Of a DNA stretch of 64,000 nucleotides, positions 42,348 to 53,217 are shown piece after piece. The notes below the pieces were generated by a model. The model saw nothing but the letters and a program-made list of their open reading frames with translations, was not told the origin of the DNA and made no database searches. Each line of letters begins with the position of its first letter. Within the stretch, counting starts at the first letter, position 1. The stretch covers positions 915,201-979,200 of the forward strand of contig JAKITS010000001.1 of assembly GCA_021648085.1 (NCBI GenBank). The letters are read 5' to 3'. Origin of the DNA: Candidatus Magasanikiibacteriota bacterium. GTDB lineage: Bacteria; Patescibacteriota; Patescibacteriia; Magasanikbacterales; UBA922. Made by a program: the position numbers and the translations under genes.

Positions 42348-45191
42348 TTATCTATTGAAAACCTCTGCTTTCAAGTATTGTCCTGTCCAACTTTCTTTCA
42401 CTTTTGAGATTTCTTTTGGTGTGCCAACAGCTACAACCTGTCCTCCAGCTTTTCCACCTTCTGGTCCCATATCTATTACCCAGTCAGAACTTTTTACAAC
42501 ATCTAGATTATGCTCTATTGTTAGAACTGTATTTCCTTTTTTTACCAATTCGTTCAACACATGAAGTAGTCTTTTGATATCTTCGAAGTGAAGTCCTGTT
42601 GTAGGTTCATCCAAAATATACAAAGTTTTTCCTGTTGCTCTTCTTGATAATTCTGTTGCCAGTTTAATTCTTTGTGCCTCACCACCAGAAAGTGTGGTTG
42701 CAGGCTGTCCTAAATGCAGATAACCAAGCCCAACATTTCGTAGTACTTGTAATTTGTCTGCAATGTTTGAAATTTCTCTAAAGAATAAATATGCTTCTTC
42801 AACTGTCATTGCCAAAACATCTGCAATATTTTTTCTTTTGTAGTGAATTTCCAAAGCTTCTTTGTTGTATCTTCTTCCTTCGCATTCAGGGCATTCTATA
42901 AACACATCGTTTAAGAATTGCATTGGAATTCTTTTGTAACCTTCACCAGAACAAGCTTCACACCTTCCACCACCTTTTACATTGAAACTAAACATTCCAG
43001 CATCGTAGCCACGCATTTTGGCCTCTGGTACGCTTGTAAACAGATCGCGAATAGCTGTGAAAACTCCAGTATAGGTTGCAGGATTACTACGAGGAGTTCG
43101 ACCAATTGGACTTTGGTTTATTGTGATAACTTTGTCAATATGGTTGAATCCTGTGATTTTTTTGTGAGCTGCGGGTTCTGCTTTTGCTCTATAAAAATGT
43201 TTATGCAAAGCTTTGGATAAAATTCCAGAAATAAGAGTGGATTTTCCAGATCCAGAAACACCGGTCACACATACAAATTTTCCAAGTGGAATTTCAACGT
43301 CAATATTTTTTAGATTGAATGCTGTCGCACCTTGAATAGAAATACTTTTTCCATTTCCTTTGTTTTGTTTTTTTGGAATAGGGATTTCTTCGCGGTTTGC
43401 CATATATTGACCAGTCAGTGAATCTGTTTTACTAACTTCTTCTGGTGTTCCTTTTGCCATTATTTTCCCACCATAAATTCCAGCCCCAGGTCCAATGTCT
43501 ATTAAATAATCCGCAGCTTCCATTATGGCGCGGTCGTGCTCAACAACAATTACAGTATTTCCACTATCGCGTAATGCTTTTAAAGTGTCTATTAGTTTGT
43601 CATTGTCTTTTGAGTGAAGTCCAATTGAGGGCTCGTCCAAGACATAGATAACCTCATTTAATCCAGTTGAAAGTTGACTAGAAAGTCTAATTCTTTGTGA
43701 TTCACCACCTGAAAGTGTGGCAAAAGATCTGTCTAAAGTTAAATAGGATAACCCAACTTTTTGAAGATTTTCTAATTTTTTTGTAGATTCTTTTAGTAAA
43801 GGATTTGCAATTAATTTTTCATTTTTTGTAAAAGTTGGAATGCCGTCATATTTTTTTGGATCCACCAGTTTTTTGAAAAATGTTACAGCATCCCCAATAC
43901 CCATTTCTACAATATCACTAATGGAATAGTCTCCAATTCGTACAGCGAGTGAATCTTGCTTTAGTCTTCTTCCTTCACAAATAGGACAGACACTTTCTCT
44001 CATATAATGTTCAATTTCTTTACGAACATATTCTGAGTCTGTTTCTGCGTGTCGTTGGGTTAGGTTTGGAATAACTCCTTCAAATCGAACAACTTTGCTG
44101 TCCAGTTGATAAGTTTGTCCATCTGTGCCATATAAAACCAAGTCCATTACTTTTTTTGAAAGGTCCTTTACTGGTTTGTTTATGTTGAATTTTTGTTTTT
44201 CAGAAACAACTTTCAACAATTTTTGGTAATAAGTTTGATTTCCTACAATTCTGGTCCAAGGTTGAATAGCACCCTCTGCCAAAGTTAGGCGAGGGTTTGG
44301 AATTATTAGGGATGAATCAACATTTAAAGTATATCCAAGTCCTGTACAGCGGTTACATGCTCCGTGCGGGCTGTTGAAACTAAAACTTCTTGGCTCAACA
44401 GACTCAAAGGTTTTTCCAGATTCTGGACAGAATGGGAATGTTGTATATAAATTTTCGTCTCCTGTTTCTAGGTTCAATGCTATCAAAGATCCATTTGAAA
44501 GATCTAATGCTTTTTCTACAGCTTCTACTACCTTTTGTTTTTTAATATCGCTAATTGTTTCAATTACTATCTCTACATCATAAAGCTTTTTTGGTTCAAA
44601 TTTATATCTCTTTAAACTTAAAAGACTCATTTGAACACCATTTACGCGAAGTGAGTTGAAACCTGATTTTTCTAAGTTTGGCAAAAGCTGTTTTGCTTTT
44701 ATTGTTTTTTGTGCAATTATTGGAGCTAAAATTATAATTTCATCGCCAGAACGCGCTATCTTTCGTACTTGTTCTGCAATTTCTCCGGAGCTATATTGTT
44801 TTACGCAATGGTTTGTTTCGGGACAATACTGAATTCCTATTTTTGAAAAAAGTAATCGTAAATGATCGTAAATTTCTGTTATAGTTCCCACTGTTGAGCG
44901 TGGGTTTGTGCTGCTATTTTTTTGATCAATTGCAATAGTAGGGGAAAGTCCCAAAATTTCATCCACATCTGGCTTGTCATTTACATCCATAAATTGACGC
45001 GCATAAGAATTCAAGCTTTCTGCATAGCGTCTTTGTCCTTCGGCATATATAGTATCAAAAGCCAAAGAAGACTTTCCTGATCCAGAAAGTCCTGTGATGA
45101 CTGTTAATTTGTTCTTTGGTATTTCTACCGACACATCTTTTAAATTGTGTACTCTTGCGTTCTTAATTTTTATTTTGTTTATTTTCTTCAT
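42348..45191 (-). CDS. uvrA: Excinuclease ABC subunit A
   Basis: GLSGSGKSSLAFDTIYAEGQRRY, two ABC modules, CEACSG..CPECEG zinc finger; start 45191 (alternative 45233). Confidence 0.99.
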   Translation of the reverse strand: MKKINKIKIKNARVHNLKDVSVEIPKNKLTVITGLSGSGKSSLAFDTIYAEGQRRYAESLNSYARQFMDVNDKPDVDEILGLSPTIAIDQKNSSTNPRSTVGTITEIYDHLRLLFSKIGIQYCPETNHCVKQYSSGEIAEQVRKIARSGDEIIILAPIIAQKTIKAKQLLPNLEKSGFNSLRVNGVQMSLLSLKRYKFEPKKLYDVEIVIETISDIKKQKVVEAVEKALDLSNGSLIALNLETGDENLYTTFPFCPESGKTFESVEPRSFSFNSPHGACNRCTGLGYTLNVDSSLIIPNPRLTLAEGAIQPWTRIVGNQTYYQKLLKVVSEKQKFNINKPVKDLSKKVMDLVLYGTDGQTYQLDSKVVRFEGVIPNLTQRHAETDSEYVRKEIEHYMRESVCPICEGRRLKQDSLAVRIGDYSISDIVEMGIGDAVTFFKKLVDPKKYDGIPTFTKNEKLIANPLLKESTKKLENLQKVGLSYLTLDRSFATLSGGESQRIRLSSQLSTGLNEVIYVLDEPSIGLHSKDNDKLIDTLKALRDSGNTVIVVEHDRAIMEAADYLIDIGPGAGIYGGKIMAKGTPEEVSKTDSLTGQYMANREEIPIPKKQNKGNGKSISIQGATAFNLKNIDVEIPLGKFVCVTGVSGSGKSTLISGILSKALHKHFYRAKAEPAAHKKITGFNHIDKVITINQSPIGRTPRSNPATYTGVFTAIRDLFTSVPEAKMRGYDAGMFSFNVKGGGRCEACSGEGYKRIPMQFLNDVFIECPECEGRRYNKEALEIHYKRKNIADVLAMTVEEAYLFFREISNIADKLQVLRNVGLGYLHLGQPATTLSGGEAQRIKLATELSRRATGKTLYILDEPTTGLHFEDIKRLLHVLNELVKKGNTVLTIEHNLDVVKSSDWVIDMGPEGGKAGGQVVAVGTPKEISKVKESWTGQYLKAEVFNR

Positions 45192-45216
45192 AATCTGTTT
45201 TTTCTGACTTTTTGTT

Positions 45217-46803
45217 TTAGTTACAGGTGTCACCAGGTACGTCTCTCACAGAATCATCAAGTATACTATATGTTTGCGAAATTAAACTTTCTGTTATTGT
45301 TAATTCTAAAAATAAACTTTTTTGAGAATTTCCTATTACACTTTCTATTGGTATAACATTATTTTGCCAACTTCCTGGTTTTTCACACCAAAGATGTGCA
45401 GATGCAGTTCTGTCACCTGATTTTACTACAAAAATATAAGCATCTTTTGGTGTTAAATTTATATTAATTTGATTCATTATCATGAATCCGTATGCTTTAC
45501 TACCAGACGGACATTGTACTGCAGCCTGTACAAACATACTTTCTTTAAACTTCAAAACATATTCGTAAAAGGAATTTGATGAGTTGAGAGTTTCAAATTC
45601 TGGTGTAACTTCTTTATAATTATCTCCTGTAACTTCTCCTTCACAAACAGGGTAAATTCTCACAGTCATTTGATAGTCCTCATCCCCACTAAGGTTTGAT
45701 GGATCTTCCAACCATCTATCATCTCCATTGTCGGATTGCTCCAAAGTTACAACATCTTCAAGAGTGGATCTTTTTGCCAACTCCCAAAGTGATTGTTCCA
45801 CTTTATAATGCATTATTAAAACTCCATCCCAACAAGCACTTTCAGGAATTTTTTCATGAACTCTGTGTATTCCTGTTTGTATGAAATTATTTATATTTGT
45901 ATCAAACGGAACACACGCTTTATTCCTCTCACTACATATAGCACCAACACAAGTTGAACTTCCTGCTCCTTGTACAAAATAATCGCTACCACATTCTGTT
46001 TTTTGTGGATCAACATTATATCCATTAGTTTGGATTTTATTTAATCCATCTATTTTTAGTTGATTTATGCGTTGTTCTTCTTTAGTAATTCTTTGTTCTG
46101 CAAGTACTTTTGCTTCTGGCGTTAAGGCACTTGTAGATTGACTTTTTAAAAGTAAAAGTTGTTGTTTTTGACTTTTTGGAAGTGCTAAAGCAACTGGGGT
46201 TTTAATTAAACTACAATAGTTTGCACCCAAAGCAATCCTATTTATCATCCAGACATTTGGTAAACGCAATTCTACAAGTGCAGGATTTATAGTTTCCAAA
46301 AGTGTAAAAGAACCAACTGCCAAAACTAATCCTATTATTGCTCCAAATATGCGTTTTTTGGCTGAACCAATTGTAGCTGCATTTCCTCCAGACGCAACCC
46401 ATTGAAATCCTGCAACGATTACCATAAGTGTTGCCAAGATTCCAGCCACCATTACACCATATTTATAGATATATTTCAAGAAATCACCTATATTTGCAAA
46501 ATTTTGTCTTCCACCAAATTTGACTTGAGTCTTTGTTTCGGATGCTGGCAGACAAAATCCCATAACCTCTCCCGGTGTTCCAGTTATAGAGCCAACCGGT
46601 ACTTTTCCGCAACCATTTTTTGGATCTGGTTTTTCAAAAAAACCTTCGTTTGGGGTTTGTGATTTATATTGTGTTCGTAGTTGTACGCACTGTTCTTTTG
46701 TAAAGCATTTACTATCCACTTGTGCGTTTGCAAAAATTGGTGCAAATAAAAATAAAATACTTAAAGCAATAATGATTTTTTTCATATTATTTTTGTAGTT
46801 CAC
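45217..46803 (-). CDS. Exported protein with a VirB2/TrbC-like pilin segment and Cys-rich extension
   Basis: Signal peptide; IVAGFQWVASGGN...AKKRIFGAIIGLVLA...LLETINPAL motif. Confidence 0.75.
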   Translation of the reverse strand: MNYKNNMKKIIIALSILFLFAPIFANAQVDSKCFTKEQCVQLRTQYKSQTPNEGFFEKPDPKNGCGKVPVGSITGTPGEVMGFCLPASETKTQVKFGGRQNFANIGDFLKYIYKYGVMVAGILATLMVIVAGFQWVASGGNAATIGSAKKRIFGAIIGLVLAVGSFTLLETINPALVELRLPNVWMINRIALGANYCSLIKTPVALALPKSQKQQLLLLKSQSTSALTPEAKVLAEQRITKEEQRINQLKIDGLNKIQTNGYNVDPQKTECGSDYFVQGAGSSTCVGAICSERNKACVPFDTNINNFIQTGIHRVHEKIPESACWDGVLIMHYKVEQSLWELAKRSTLEDVVTLEQSDNGDDRWLEDPSNLSGDEDYQMTVRIYPVCEGEVTGDNYKEVTPEFETLNSSNSFYEYVLKFKESMFVQAAVQCPSGSKAYGFMIMNQININLTPKDAYIFVVKSGDRTASAHLWCEKPGSWQNNVIPIESVIGNSQKSLFLELTITESLISQTYSILDDSVRDVPGDTCN

Positions 46804-47557
46804 TTACTATTATAGAATCCCAACTAGACAAGTTTGTAGTGCCTTCTAGTTTTGTTTGGTTTACAATATAGGTTGGAGTTCCTCTTACACCTAAACTAAC
46901 ACCATCTTTTAAGTCTTGTTCTATATTTGCACGGTGCACCTGTTTTGTTAGGCAGTTTTGAAAAATTGAAATATTTAAATTTAAATCTTCTGCATTTTTT
47001 ACCAAAGATTCATAATCCAACTTTTTATTTATAAAAAGCAGATCATAATATTCCCAAAACATTCCCTGATCTTGCGCGCAAGTGGAAGCAAGCCCAGCTT
47101 GAACTGCATTTGGATGAATACTTGTAAGTGGAAAGTGTTTAAATACTACATTTATGGCTGAGTCGTATTTTGAGACTACCTGTTTAAGTATAGGATAAGA
47201 TTCCTGACTAAACGGGCATTCAAAATCTATAAATGCGATAATTGTGATAGGAGCGTTTGTATTATTAAGCGTTGGGTTGAAGCTTCTTATAAATTGACTA
47301 ACATCTTCTTCAATTTCTGGACGGGCTTCCAAAGGAATATCCGTACTAAAGCTAAAGTGGTTGTTGAATTTTTCTGTAAGCTCTGTCGGGTCGCCAAACT
47401 TAACATTCCATAAATAATACCCTAAAAGTATTAAGAAAGCAAGTGTTAAAGCTGTAATAGTAAAAGAAAAAATTAAAAATAAAATACCTAGCGTCTTTTT
47501 GTACCAAGGTTTTTTTGGAATATAATTGTCTTTTGATAGTTCTACAAAACCACTCAT
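46787..47557 (-). CDS. Membrane-anchored DsbA/BdbD-like thioredoxin-fold protein
   Basis: FIDFECPFS, KHFPLTSIH, GVRGTPT. Confidence 0.85.
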   Translation of the reverse strand: MSGFVELSKDNYIPKKPWYKKTLGILFLIFSFTITALTLAFLILLGYYLWNVKFGDPTELTEKFNNHFSFSTDIPLEARPEIEEDVSQFIRSFNPTLNNTNAPITIIAFIDFECPFSQESYPILKQVVSKYDSAINVVFKHFPLTSIHPNAVQAGLASTCAQDQGMFWEYYDLLFINKKLDYESLVKNAEDLNLNISIFQNCLTKQVHRANIEQDLKDGVSLGVRGTPTYIVNQTKLEGTTNLSSWDSIIVSELQK

Positions 47558-47795
47558 ATATCTAGTTATGTATTTATTTCTTATATTATAGCAAAAAATA
47601 AAACAACATTATAGTGAGTTTTAGTTTTTATTGATTGAATAACAGATTTCTATTGACAAAAACACTAAAATGTAATACAATATTGCCATTACCGAGTCAA
47701 CAATTAGTTGGTAAACATATTTATCACTTTCTGTATTTTTCCTCTTTTTGAAAACATTTTCAAAAGGTACACAGGAAGGAAGTTAAAAGGAAATT

Positions 47796-48524
47796 ATGAA
47801 AATACCGAGTATAGAAGAAATGTTAAAGGCTGGAGTTCATTTTGGACACCAAAAATCACGCTGGCATCCAAAAATGGACCAATTCATTTTTACAGACAGA
47901 AATGGTGTTCATGTTATTAATTTAGAAAAAACACAAGAAGAACTTAAAAAAGTTTTAGAAATTGTAAAACAGATGACTTCAGAAGGAAAAGTTATTCTTT
48001 TCACAACTACAAAACCACATGCAAAAGAAATTGTAAAAGAAGCTGCTATTAGCTGTGGAACACCTTATTTGGTAGATCGTTGGATTGGTGGAATGCTTAC
48101 AAACTTTACTGAAATTCAAAAACTGATTAAGAAATATTTAACTTATAAAGAAGAAAAAGCAACTGGTGAGTGGGAAAGATATACAAAAAAAGAAGCCTTA
48201 GAAAAACAAAGAGAATTGGATAAAATGGAAGAATATATTTCTGGTATCTCTACTTTAGAAAAAATACCAGATGTATTATTTACTCCTACAGTTCAACAAG
48301 AAAAAACCGCAATAGTAGAAGCAAACCGTCTTGGAGTAAAAGTTGTGGGTGTCTGTGATACAAATGCAAACCCAATAAAGGTTGATTATGTTATTCCAGG
48401 AAATGATGATGCTATGAACTCAATTAAAATGATGTCAGTTTTGGTAGCAAATGCTGTAAAAGAAGGAAAGGTGGAGTATGAAAAAAATCAAAAAGCACAG
48501 GCTCAACCTGTGAAAGCTGTATAA
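47796..48524 (+). CDS. rpsB: 30S ribosomal protein S2
   Basis: AGVHFGH, RWIGGMLTNF, DTNANP, PGNDDA. Confidence 0.99.
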   Translation: MKIPSIEEMLKAGVHFGHQKSRWHPKMDQFIFTDRNGVHVINLEKTQEELKKVLEIVKQMTSEGKVILFTTTKPHAKEIVKEAAISCGTPYLVDRWIGGMLTNFTEIQKLIKKYLTYKEEKATGEWERYTKKEALEKQRELDKMEEYISGISTLEKIPDVLFTPTVQQEKTAIVEANRLGVKVVGVCDTNANPIKVDYVIPGNDDAMNSIKMMSVLVANAVKEGKVEYEKNQKAQAQPVKAV

Positions 48525-48553
48525 TAATTACTTCTTAAAATAAAATAAAAACT

Positions 48554-49204
48554 ATGTCAATAAACACAAGTGATATTTCAAGACTTCGTGAGCAAACTGG
48601 TGCAGGAATTTTGGATTGTAAAAAGGCTTTGGAAGAGGCTGGTGGAAATTATGACTCAGCAGTGGATATTTTGCGTAAATTAGGTGGAGCAAAAGCTGCA
48701 AAGCGCGCAGGAAAAATTGCTGCAGAAGGTGTGGTTGTAAGCTACATTCATGGCCAAAATAAAATTGCTACTTTGGTAGAATTAAACTGTGAAACTGACT
48801 TTGTGGCAAAAAATGATAAATTTGTTGAATTGGCAAAAGATATTGCCATGCATATCGTTGCAGCTTCTCCAATTTATTTGAACCGCGAAGAAGTTCCAGT
48901 AGAGGTTGTAACAAAAGAAAGAGATATTTATAGAGAACAGCTACGAACAGAAGGAAAACCAGATGAAATTATAGAGAAAATTTTGGAAGGAAAATTGAAT
49001 AAATTTTATTCAGAAATTTGTTTGATGGATCAATCTTATGTAAAAGATGAAGACAAAACAATTGCAGAACTTTTGACCACAGCAACAGCTGAAATAGGTG
49101 AAAAGATTAGTTTGCGTCGTTTTGCTAGATATGAAGTTGGTGAAGGAATGGAAAAGAAAAGCTGTGATTTTGTAGCAGAAGTTGCAGAACAGATGGAAAA
49201 ATAA
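48554..49204 (+). CDS. tsf: Elongation factor Ts (short form)
   Basis: [27 protein letters not shown]; follows rpsB. Confidence 0.98.
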   Translation: MSINTSDISRLREQTGAGILDCKKALEEAGGNYDSAVDILRKLGGAKAAKRAGKIAAEGVVVSYIHGQNKIATLVELNCETDFVAKNDKFVELAKDIAMHIVAASPIYLNREEVPVEVVTKERDIYREQLRTEGKPDEIIEKILEGKLNKFYSEICLMDQSYVKDEDKTIAELLTTATAEIGEKISLRRFARYEVGEGMEKKSCDFVAEVAEQMEK

Positions 49205-49217
49205 AAATAAAGAATTT

Positions 49218-49247
49218 AAAAAAGAGACTTTTGAAAGTCTCTTTTTT
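49218..49247 (+). terminator. rpsB-tsf terminator
   Basis: aaaaagagacttt-tg-aaagtctcttttt. Confidence 0.8.
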
Positions 49248-49356
49248 ATTTATAAAATATAAAAAATAATTATTTTTATATAATTTATTTCCTTTTTTCT
49301 TGTGCTTTAATACTATTGTGATAAACTAAGAGTAATTATTTTTTGTATATATTTTT

Positions 49357-50355
49357 ATGATAAAAGTAGCAATAAACGGCTTTGGTAGAATTGGCCGACA
49401 CACATTTAAAGTGGCTCTTAAGAATTCTGAGATGGAAGTGGTTGCAATAAATGACCTAACAGATCCAAAAACTTTGGCTCATCTTTTTAAGTACGACACA
49501 GCTTATCCAGAATTTGTAGGTGAGGTAGGCTTTGACGAGGAAAATTTGATTGTAGATGGAAAAAAGGTGAGAGTTTTTGCAGAGAAAGAACCAGAAAAAT
49601 TACCTTGGGGAAAAATGGAAATAGATGTGGTAGTAGAATCAACAGGAGTTTTTAGAACTGGCGAAGAAGCTGGAAGACATATAAAAGCTGGAGCAAAAAG
49701 AGTAGTTATTTCTGCGCCTGCAAAAAGTGAAGAGGTTTCAACATATTTGCGTGGAGTAAACGACGAAGAATATGATGGAAAAGAAATAATTAATAATGCC
49801 TCTTGTACTACAAACTGTGCTGCGCCTGTAATTCGTGTACTAAATGATATTTTTGGAGTAGAAAAAGCATTTTTGACAACGGTTCACTCTTATACTTCAG
49901 ATCAGCGTTTGCAAGACGCACCACACAAAGATTTGCGTAGAGCTAGGGCTGCGGCTATGAATATTGTTCCAACTACAACTGGAGCAGCTATTGCAACTAC
50001 AAAAGTAATTCCAGAGTTGGAGGGTAAATTTGATGGAATTTCAATCCGTGTCCCAACTCTTTCTGTGTCACTTACAGATTTTGTGGCAGTTTTGAAAAAG
50101 GACACAACGGTAGAAGAAATAAATGAAGCATTTATCGATGCTTCAAAAGGCTATTTAAAAGATGTTTTAGCAGTATCAAATGAACCATTAGTTTCTAGTG
50201 ATTACATTGGAAATCCATATTCAGCAATTGTAGATTTGGAATTTACAAAAGTTGTGGGTGGAAATTTGGTAAAAGTTTTGGCTTGGTATGACAATGAGTG
50301 GGGTTATGCAAACAGACTTGTAGAAATGGTTGAGCGAGTTGGAAAAAAGATATAA
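49357..50355 (+). CDS. gap: Type I glyceraldehyde-3-phosphate dehydrogenase
   Basis: INGFGRIGR, NASCTTNC, WYDNEWGY. Confidence 0.99.
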   Translation: MIKVAINGFGRIGRHTFKVALKNSEMEVVAINDLTDPKTLAHLFKYDTAYPEFVGEVGFDEENLIVDGKKVRVFAEKEPEKLPWGKMEIDVVVESTGVFRTGEEAGRHIKAGAKRVVISAPAKSEEVSTYLRGVNDEEYDGKEIINNASCTTNCAAPVIRVLNDIFGVEKAFLTTVHSYTSDQRLQDAPHKDLRRARAAAMNIVPTTTGAAIATTKVIPELEGKFDGISIRVPTLSVSLTDFVAVLKKDTTVEEINEAFIDASKGYLKDVLAVSNEPLVSSDYIGNPYSAIVDLEFTKVVGGNLVKVLAWYDNEWGYANRLVEMVERVGKKI

Positions 50356-50378
50356 AAACTTTTTTAAGACAAAAAAAT

Positions 50379-50406
50379 AAACGGCGATTTTAAATCGCCG
50401 TTTTTG
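50379..50406. terminator. Bidirectional terminator
   Basis: aaacggcgattt-t-aaatcgccgttt. Confidence 0.8.
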
Positions 50407-50416
50407 TTTATTTTTT

Positions 50417-51037
50417 TCATTTTTCTTTCCTTGGAAAAAGTTGCCAAATAAGCCATAAGTGATGTTTGGCAAGCTTTAGTTCTTTTTTAAATTTTGAGTT
50501 AGTTATAATTCCCTCGGGCATATTTTTTGATCTTGACCCAGGAACTATGCAACTCTCTCTTATTTGATCTATAAAAGCTGAAAAAATCGTCTTTATTCTT
50601 CTCTCAACTTTTCCTAAAATTATTATATTTTCAATGAAAACTTTTTCATTTGGTTTGAGTTTGTAAGTTAAAGAAATCGTAAAATTATATTTTTCACTTA
50701 ATTCTTTAAAGTGTTGGTACAAACTCTTTTCTTCAAAGGCTTTTTCTTTTTGAATAAGCCTATTGTTTATTTGTGGAACTGTCTCTATAAACAGTTCTGG
50801 GTGTATTTTTTTGATTAGATTCGCAATGTTTTTATCTGTGATGAATTTTCCACACACAACATATGCCTCATAATCATCTAAAGTGTTTCCACTAATTTCA
50901 TCAACTAAATACCCCAATGAGTTTCTTTTTCTTTCGATATCTTTTTGAGTTTCAAACTCTAATCTATCTAAAAATAATTTTATTCGTTTAAAATAAAACT
51001 CCCCCTTATTACTATCTGAGGAAATTACTCCTTCCAT
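50417..51037 (-). CDS. Orphan hypothetical protein inserted between gap and pgk (SD-led)
   Basis: 206 aa; TTGACA-17-TATACT promoter, GCTCATTACAA motif, GGAGA SD. Confidence 0.65.
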   Translation of the reverse strand: MEGVISSDSNKGEFYFKRIKLFLDRLEFETQKDIERKRNSLGYLVDEISGNTLDDYEAYVVCGKFITDKNIANLIKKIHPELFIETVPQINNRLIQKEKAFEEKSLYQHFKELSEKYNFTISLTYKLKPNEKVFIENIIILGKVERRIKTIFSAFIDQIRESCIVPGSRSKNMPEGIITNSKFKKELKLAKHHLWLIWQLFPRKEK

Positions 51038-51159
51038 GTTTATTCTCCAATTGTTAAGGAAATTGTAATGAGCACTAATAGATAAGTATACATCAGTATT
51101 TACATTTTGTCAAGGTATTGTGGTATATTTACTTAAAGTAATTAGTTTTTAAGAATTTT

Positions 51160-52335
51160 ATGCGTTTTATAAAAGAAGTAGAGAGTATTGATGGAAAGAG
51201 GGTTTTGGTTCGTGTAGATTTCAATTTACCTATTAAAAATAAGAAAATTGTGGATAATTCTAGGATTTTAGCGTCTTTACCAACTATAAAATATTTAAGT
51301 GAAAACGGTGCAAAAGTGATAATAATTAGTCATTTGGGGCGACCAGAAGGAAAAATCGATGAAAATTTGCGTTTAGATGGTGTTGCTGAGGAATTTTCAG
51401 GTTTATTTGGAAAAAAAATAAAGAAATTTTTAGATTATTTTGGAGAAGAGGTAAAAACAGGAATTGACGAAATGCAAAACGGGGAAGTGGTAATGCTAGA
51501 AAATATAAGATTTTCACCAGACGAAAAAGATAATAAAGGAACTTTGGCAAAAGATTTGGCAAGTTTGGCGGATGTTTTTGTTTTGGATGCTTTTTCTGTT
51601 ACTCATAGAGCAGATGCTTCTGTAGTTGGAATTGCAGAATTTATTCCAAGTTATGCTGGATTTTTGATTGAAAAAGAATTGAAAAATTTAAATAAAGTTT
51701 TAGAAAATCCAGAAAAACCATTTGTGGTAGTTTTGGGTGGTGCAAAAGTTGAAACAAAATTACATTTGATAGAAGGTTTGTCCAATTTGGCAGATTTGTT
51801 TTTGGTTGGTGGTGCGATTGCAAATAGTTTTTTAAAGAAAAAAGGTTTTGGGGTTGGAAATTCTTTGGAAGTAGGTTTTGAAAATGAAAAAATAATGAGT
51901 CTACTTGAAGAAAAAACAATAATTTTACCTGTTGATGTTGTTGTTGGAAAAAAAGATGGAACAGATTTTAGAGTGGTAAAAATAGAAGAAAATCCACATA
52001 ATATTTGTTTGGAATCTGAAGGAATATTTGATATAGGACCAGAAACAATAAAAATATTTGCAAATAAAATGCAAAATGTAAAAATAATTTTGTGGAATGG
52101 TGCTATGGGTTATTTTGAACAAAAACCTTATAATGAAGGTACAGATAAATTGGTAAAAATAATTGTAAAAAACTCAAAAAAAGGAGCTTTTAGTATTGTT
52201 GGTGGTGGAGAAACTATAGAAAGTATAAAAAAATTAAGTTTTGAAAAAGAAATTGATTTTATTTCTATGGGCGGTGGCGCAATGTTGGAATATCTGTCTG
52301 GAAAAAGTTTACCAGGTTTGAAAGCACTTCAATAG
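51160..52335 (+). CDS. pgk: Phosphoglycerate kinase
   Basis: RVDFNLP, SHLGRP, LENIRF, GGAKV, DIGPET, GGGAMLEYL. Confidence 0.98.
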   Translation: MRFIKEVESIDGKRVLVRVDFNLPIKNKKIVDNSRILASLPTIKYLSENGAKVIIISHLGRPEGKIDENLRLDGVAEEFSGLFGKKIKKFLDYFGEEVKTGIDEMQNGEVVMLENIRFSPDEKDNKGTLAKDLASLADVFVLDAFSVTHRADASVVGIAEFIPSYAGFLIEKELKNLNKVLENPEKPFVVVLGGAKVETKLHLIEGLSNLADLFLVGGAIANSFLKKKGFGVGNSLEVGFENEKIMSLLEEKTIILPVDVVVGKKDGTDFRVVKIEENPHNICLESEGIFDIGPETIKIFANKMQNVKIILWNGAMGYFEQKPYNEGTDKLVKIIVKNSKKGAFSIVGGGETIESIKKLSFEKEIDFISMGGGAMLEYLSGKSLPGLKALQ

Positions 52336-52396
52336 TTTTATTTGTTGGAGTTGGAAAATAGGTTTATAATATACATATAAAATTAATTATAAAAAT

Positions 52397-53215
52397 ATGC
52401 CTGTCTTAAAAAATGGACCGAAAATTTTGGAAAAAATGAAAATGAATAAGTGTGAGTCTCACTCAAAAAGTTTAACTAAAAAAATAATTGGAGTTTTTCT
52501 TGCTATTTTACTGTTGTATCTTATTGTGTTGGTTGGCACAATGATTAGAAATAATACCCAAAAATATCATTATATTGGGCAGGCAGATCGTGCTGAAAGA
52601 ACAATAAATATCTCAGCATCAGGAAAAGCTGTTGTAACACCAGACATAGCAACAATTACAATGGGTATTGTTTCAGAAAGTGAAACAGTTGTAGAGGCAC
52701 AAGAAAAAAACACCTTAATAATGAATAGGTTATTTATTCAGTTAGATGAGTTGGGAATTGAAAGAAGAGATGTAAAAACACAGGACTATTCTGTTTATCC
52801 AATGTATAACTACAAAGAAGGGGATAGAGAATTGACGGGTTATACTGTAAACCAAGATGTGGTTGTAAAGGTTAGAAATGTAGATAATTCAGGAAAAGTT
52901 CTGGCTTTGGTTGGAGAGCTTGGGTTGAACAGGGTTGGTGGAGTTAGTTTTTCAATTGATGACACAGAGGTTTATAAAAATGAAGCACGACAAGATGCTT
53001 TAAAAAATGCTCTTGAAAAAGCTAAAATAATTGCAAAAACACTAGGTCTGGAGGTTGTTGGCGTAGTCTCATATAATGAGTACGAACAAAGTGGAATTGT
53101 TCCTTATTATGCTAAACTTGAGTCAGGTTTTGGTGGGGATGCCTCTGAGCCAAATATTGAAACTGGAACTTCAGATGTGGTTATGAATATAAATGTTTTG
53201 TTTGAAATAAGATAA
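52397..53215 (+). CDS. SIMPL (DUF541) domain protein
   Basis: TM helix, [27 protein letters not shown]. Confidence 0.88.
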   Translation: MPVLKNGPKILEKMKMNKCESHSKSLTKKIIGVFLAILLLYLIVLVGTMIRNNTQKYHYIGQADRAERTINISASGKAVVTPDIATITMGIVSESETVVEAQEKNTLIMNRLFIQLDELGIERRDVKTQDYSVYPMYNYKEGDRELTGYTVNQDVVVKVRNVDNSGKVLALVGELGLNRVGGVSFSIDDTEVYKNEARQDALKNALEKAKIIAKTLGLEVVGVVSYNEYEQSGIVPYYAKLESGFGGDASEPNIETGTSDVVMNINVLFEIR

Positions 53216-53217
53216 TT

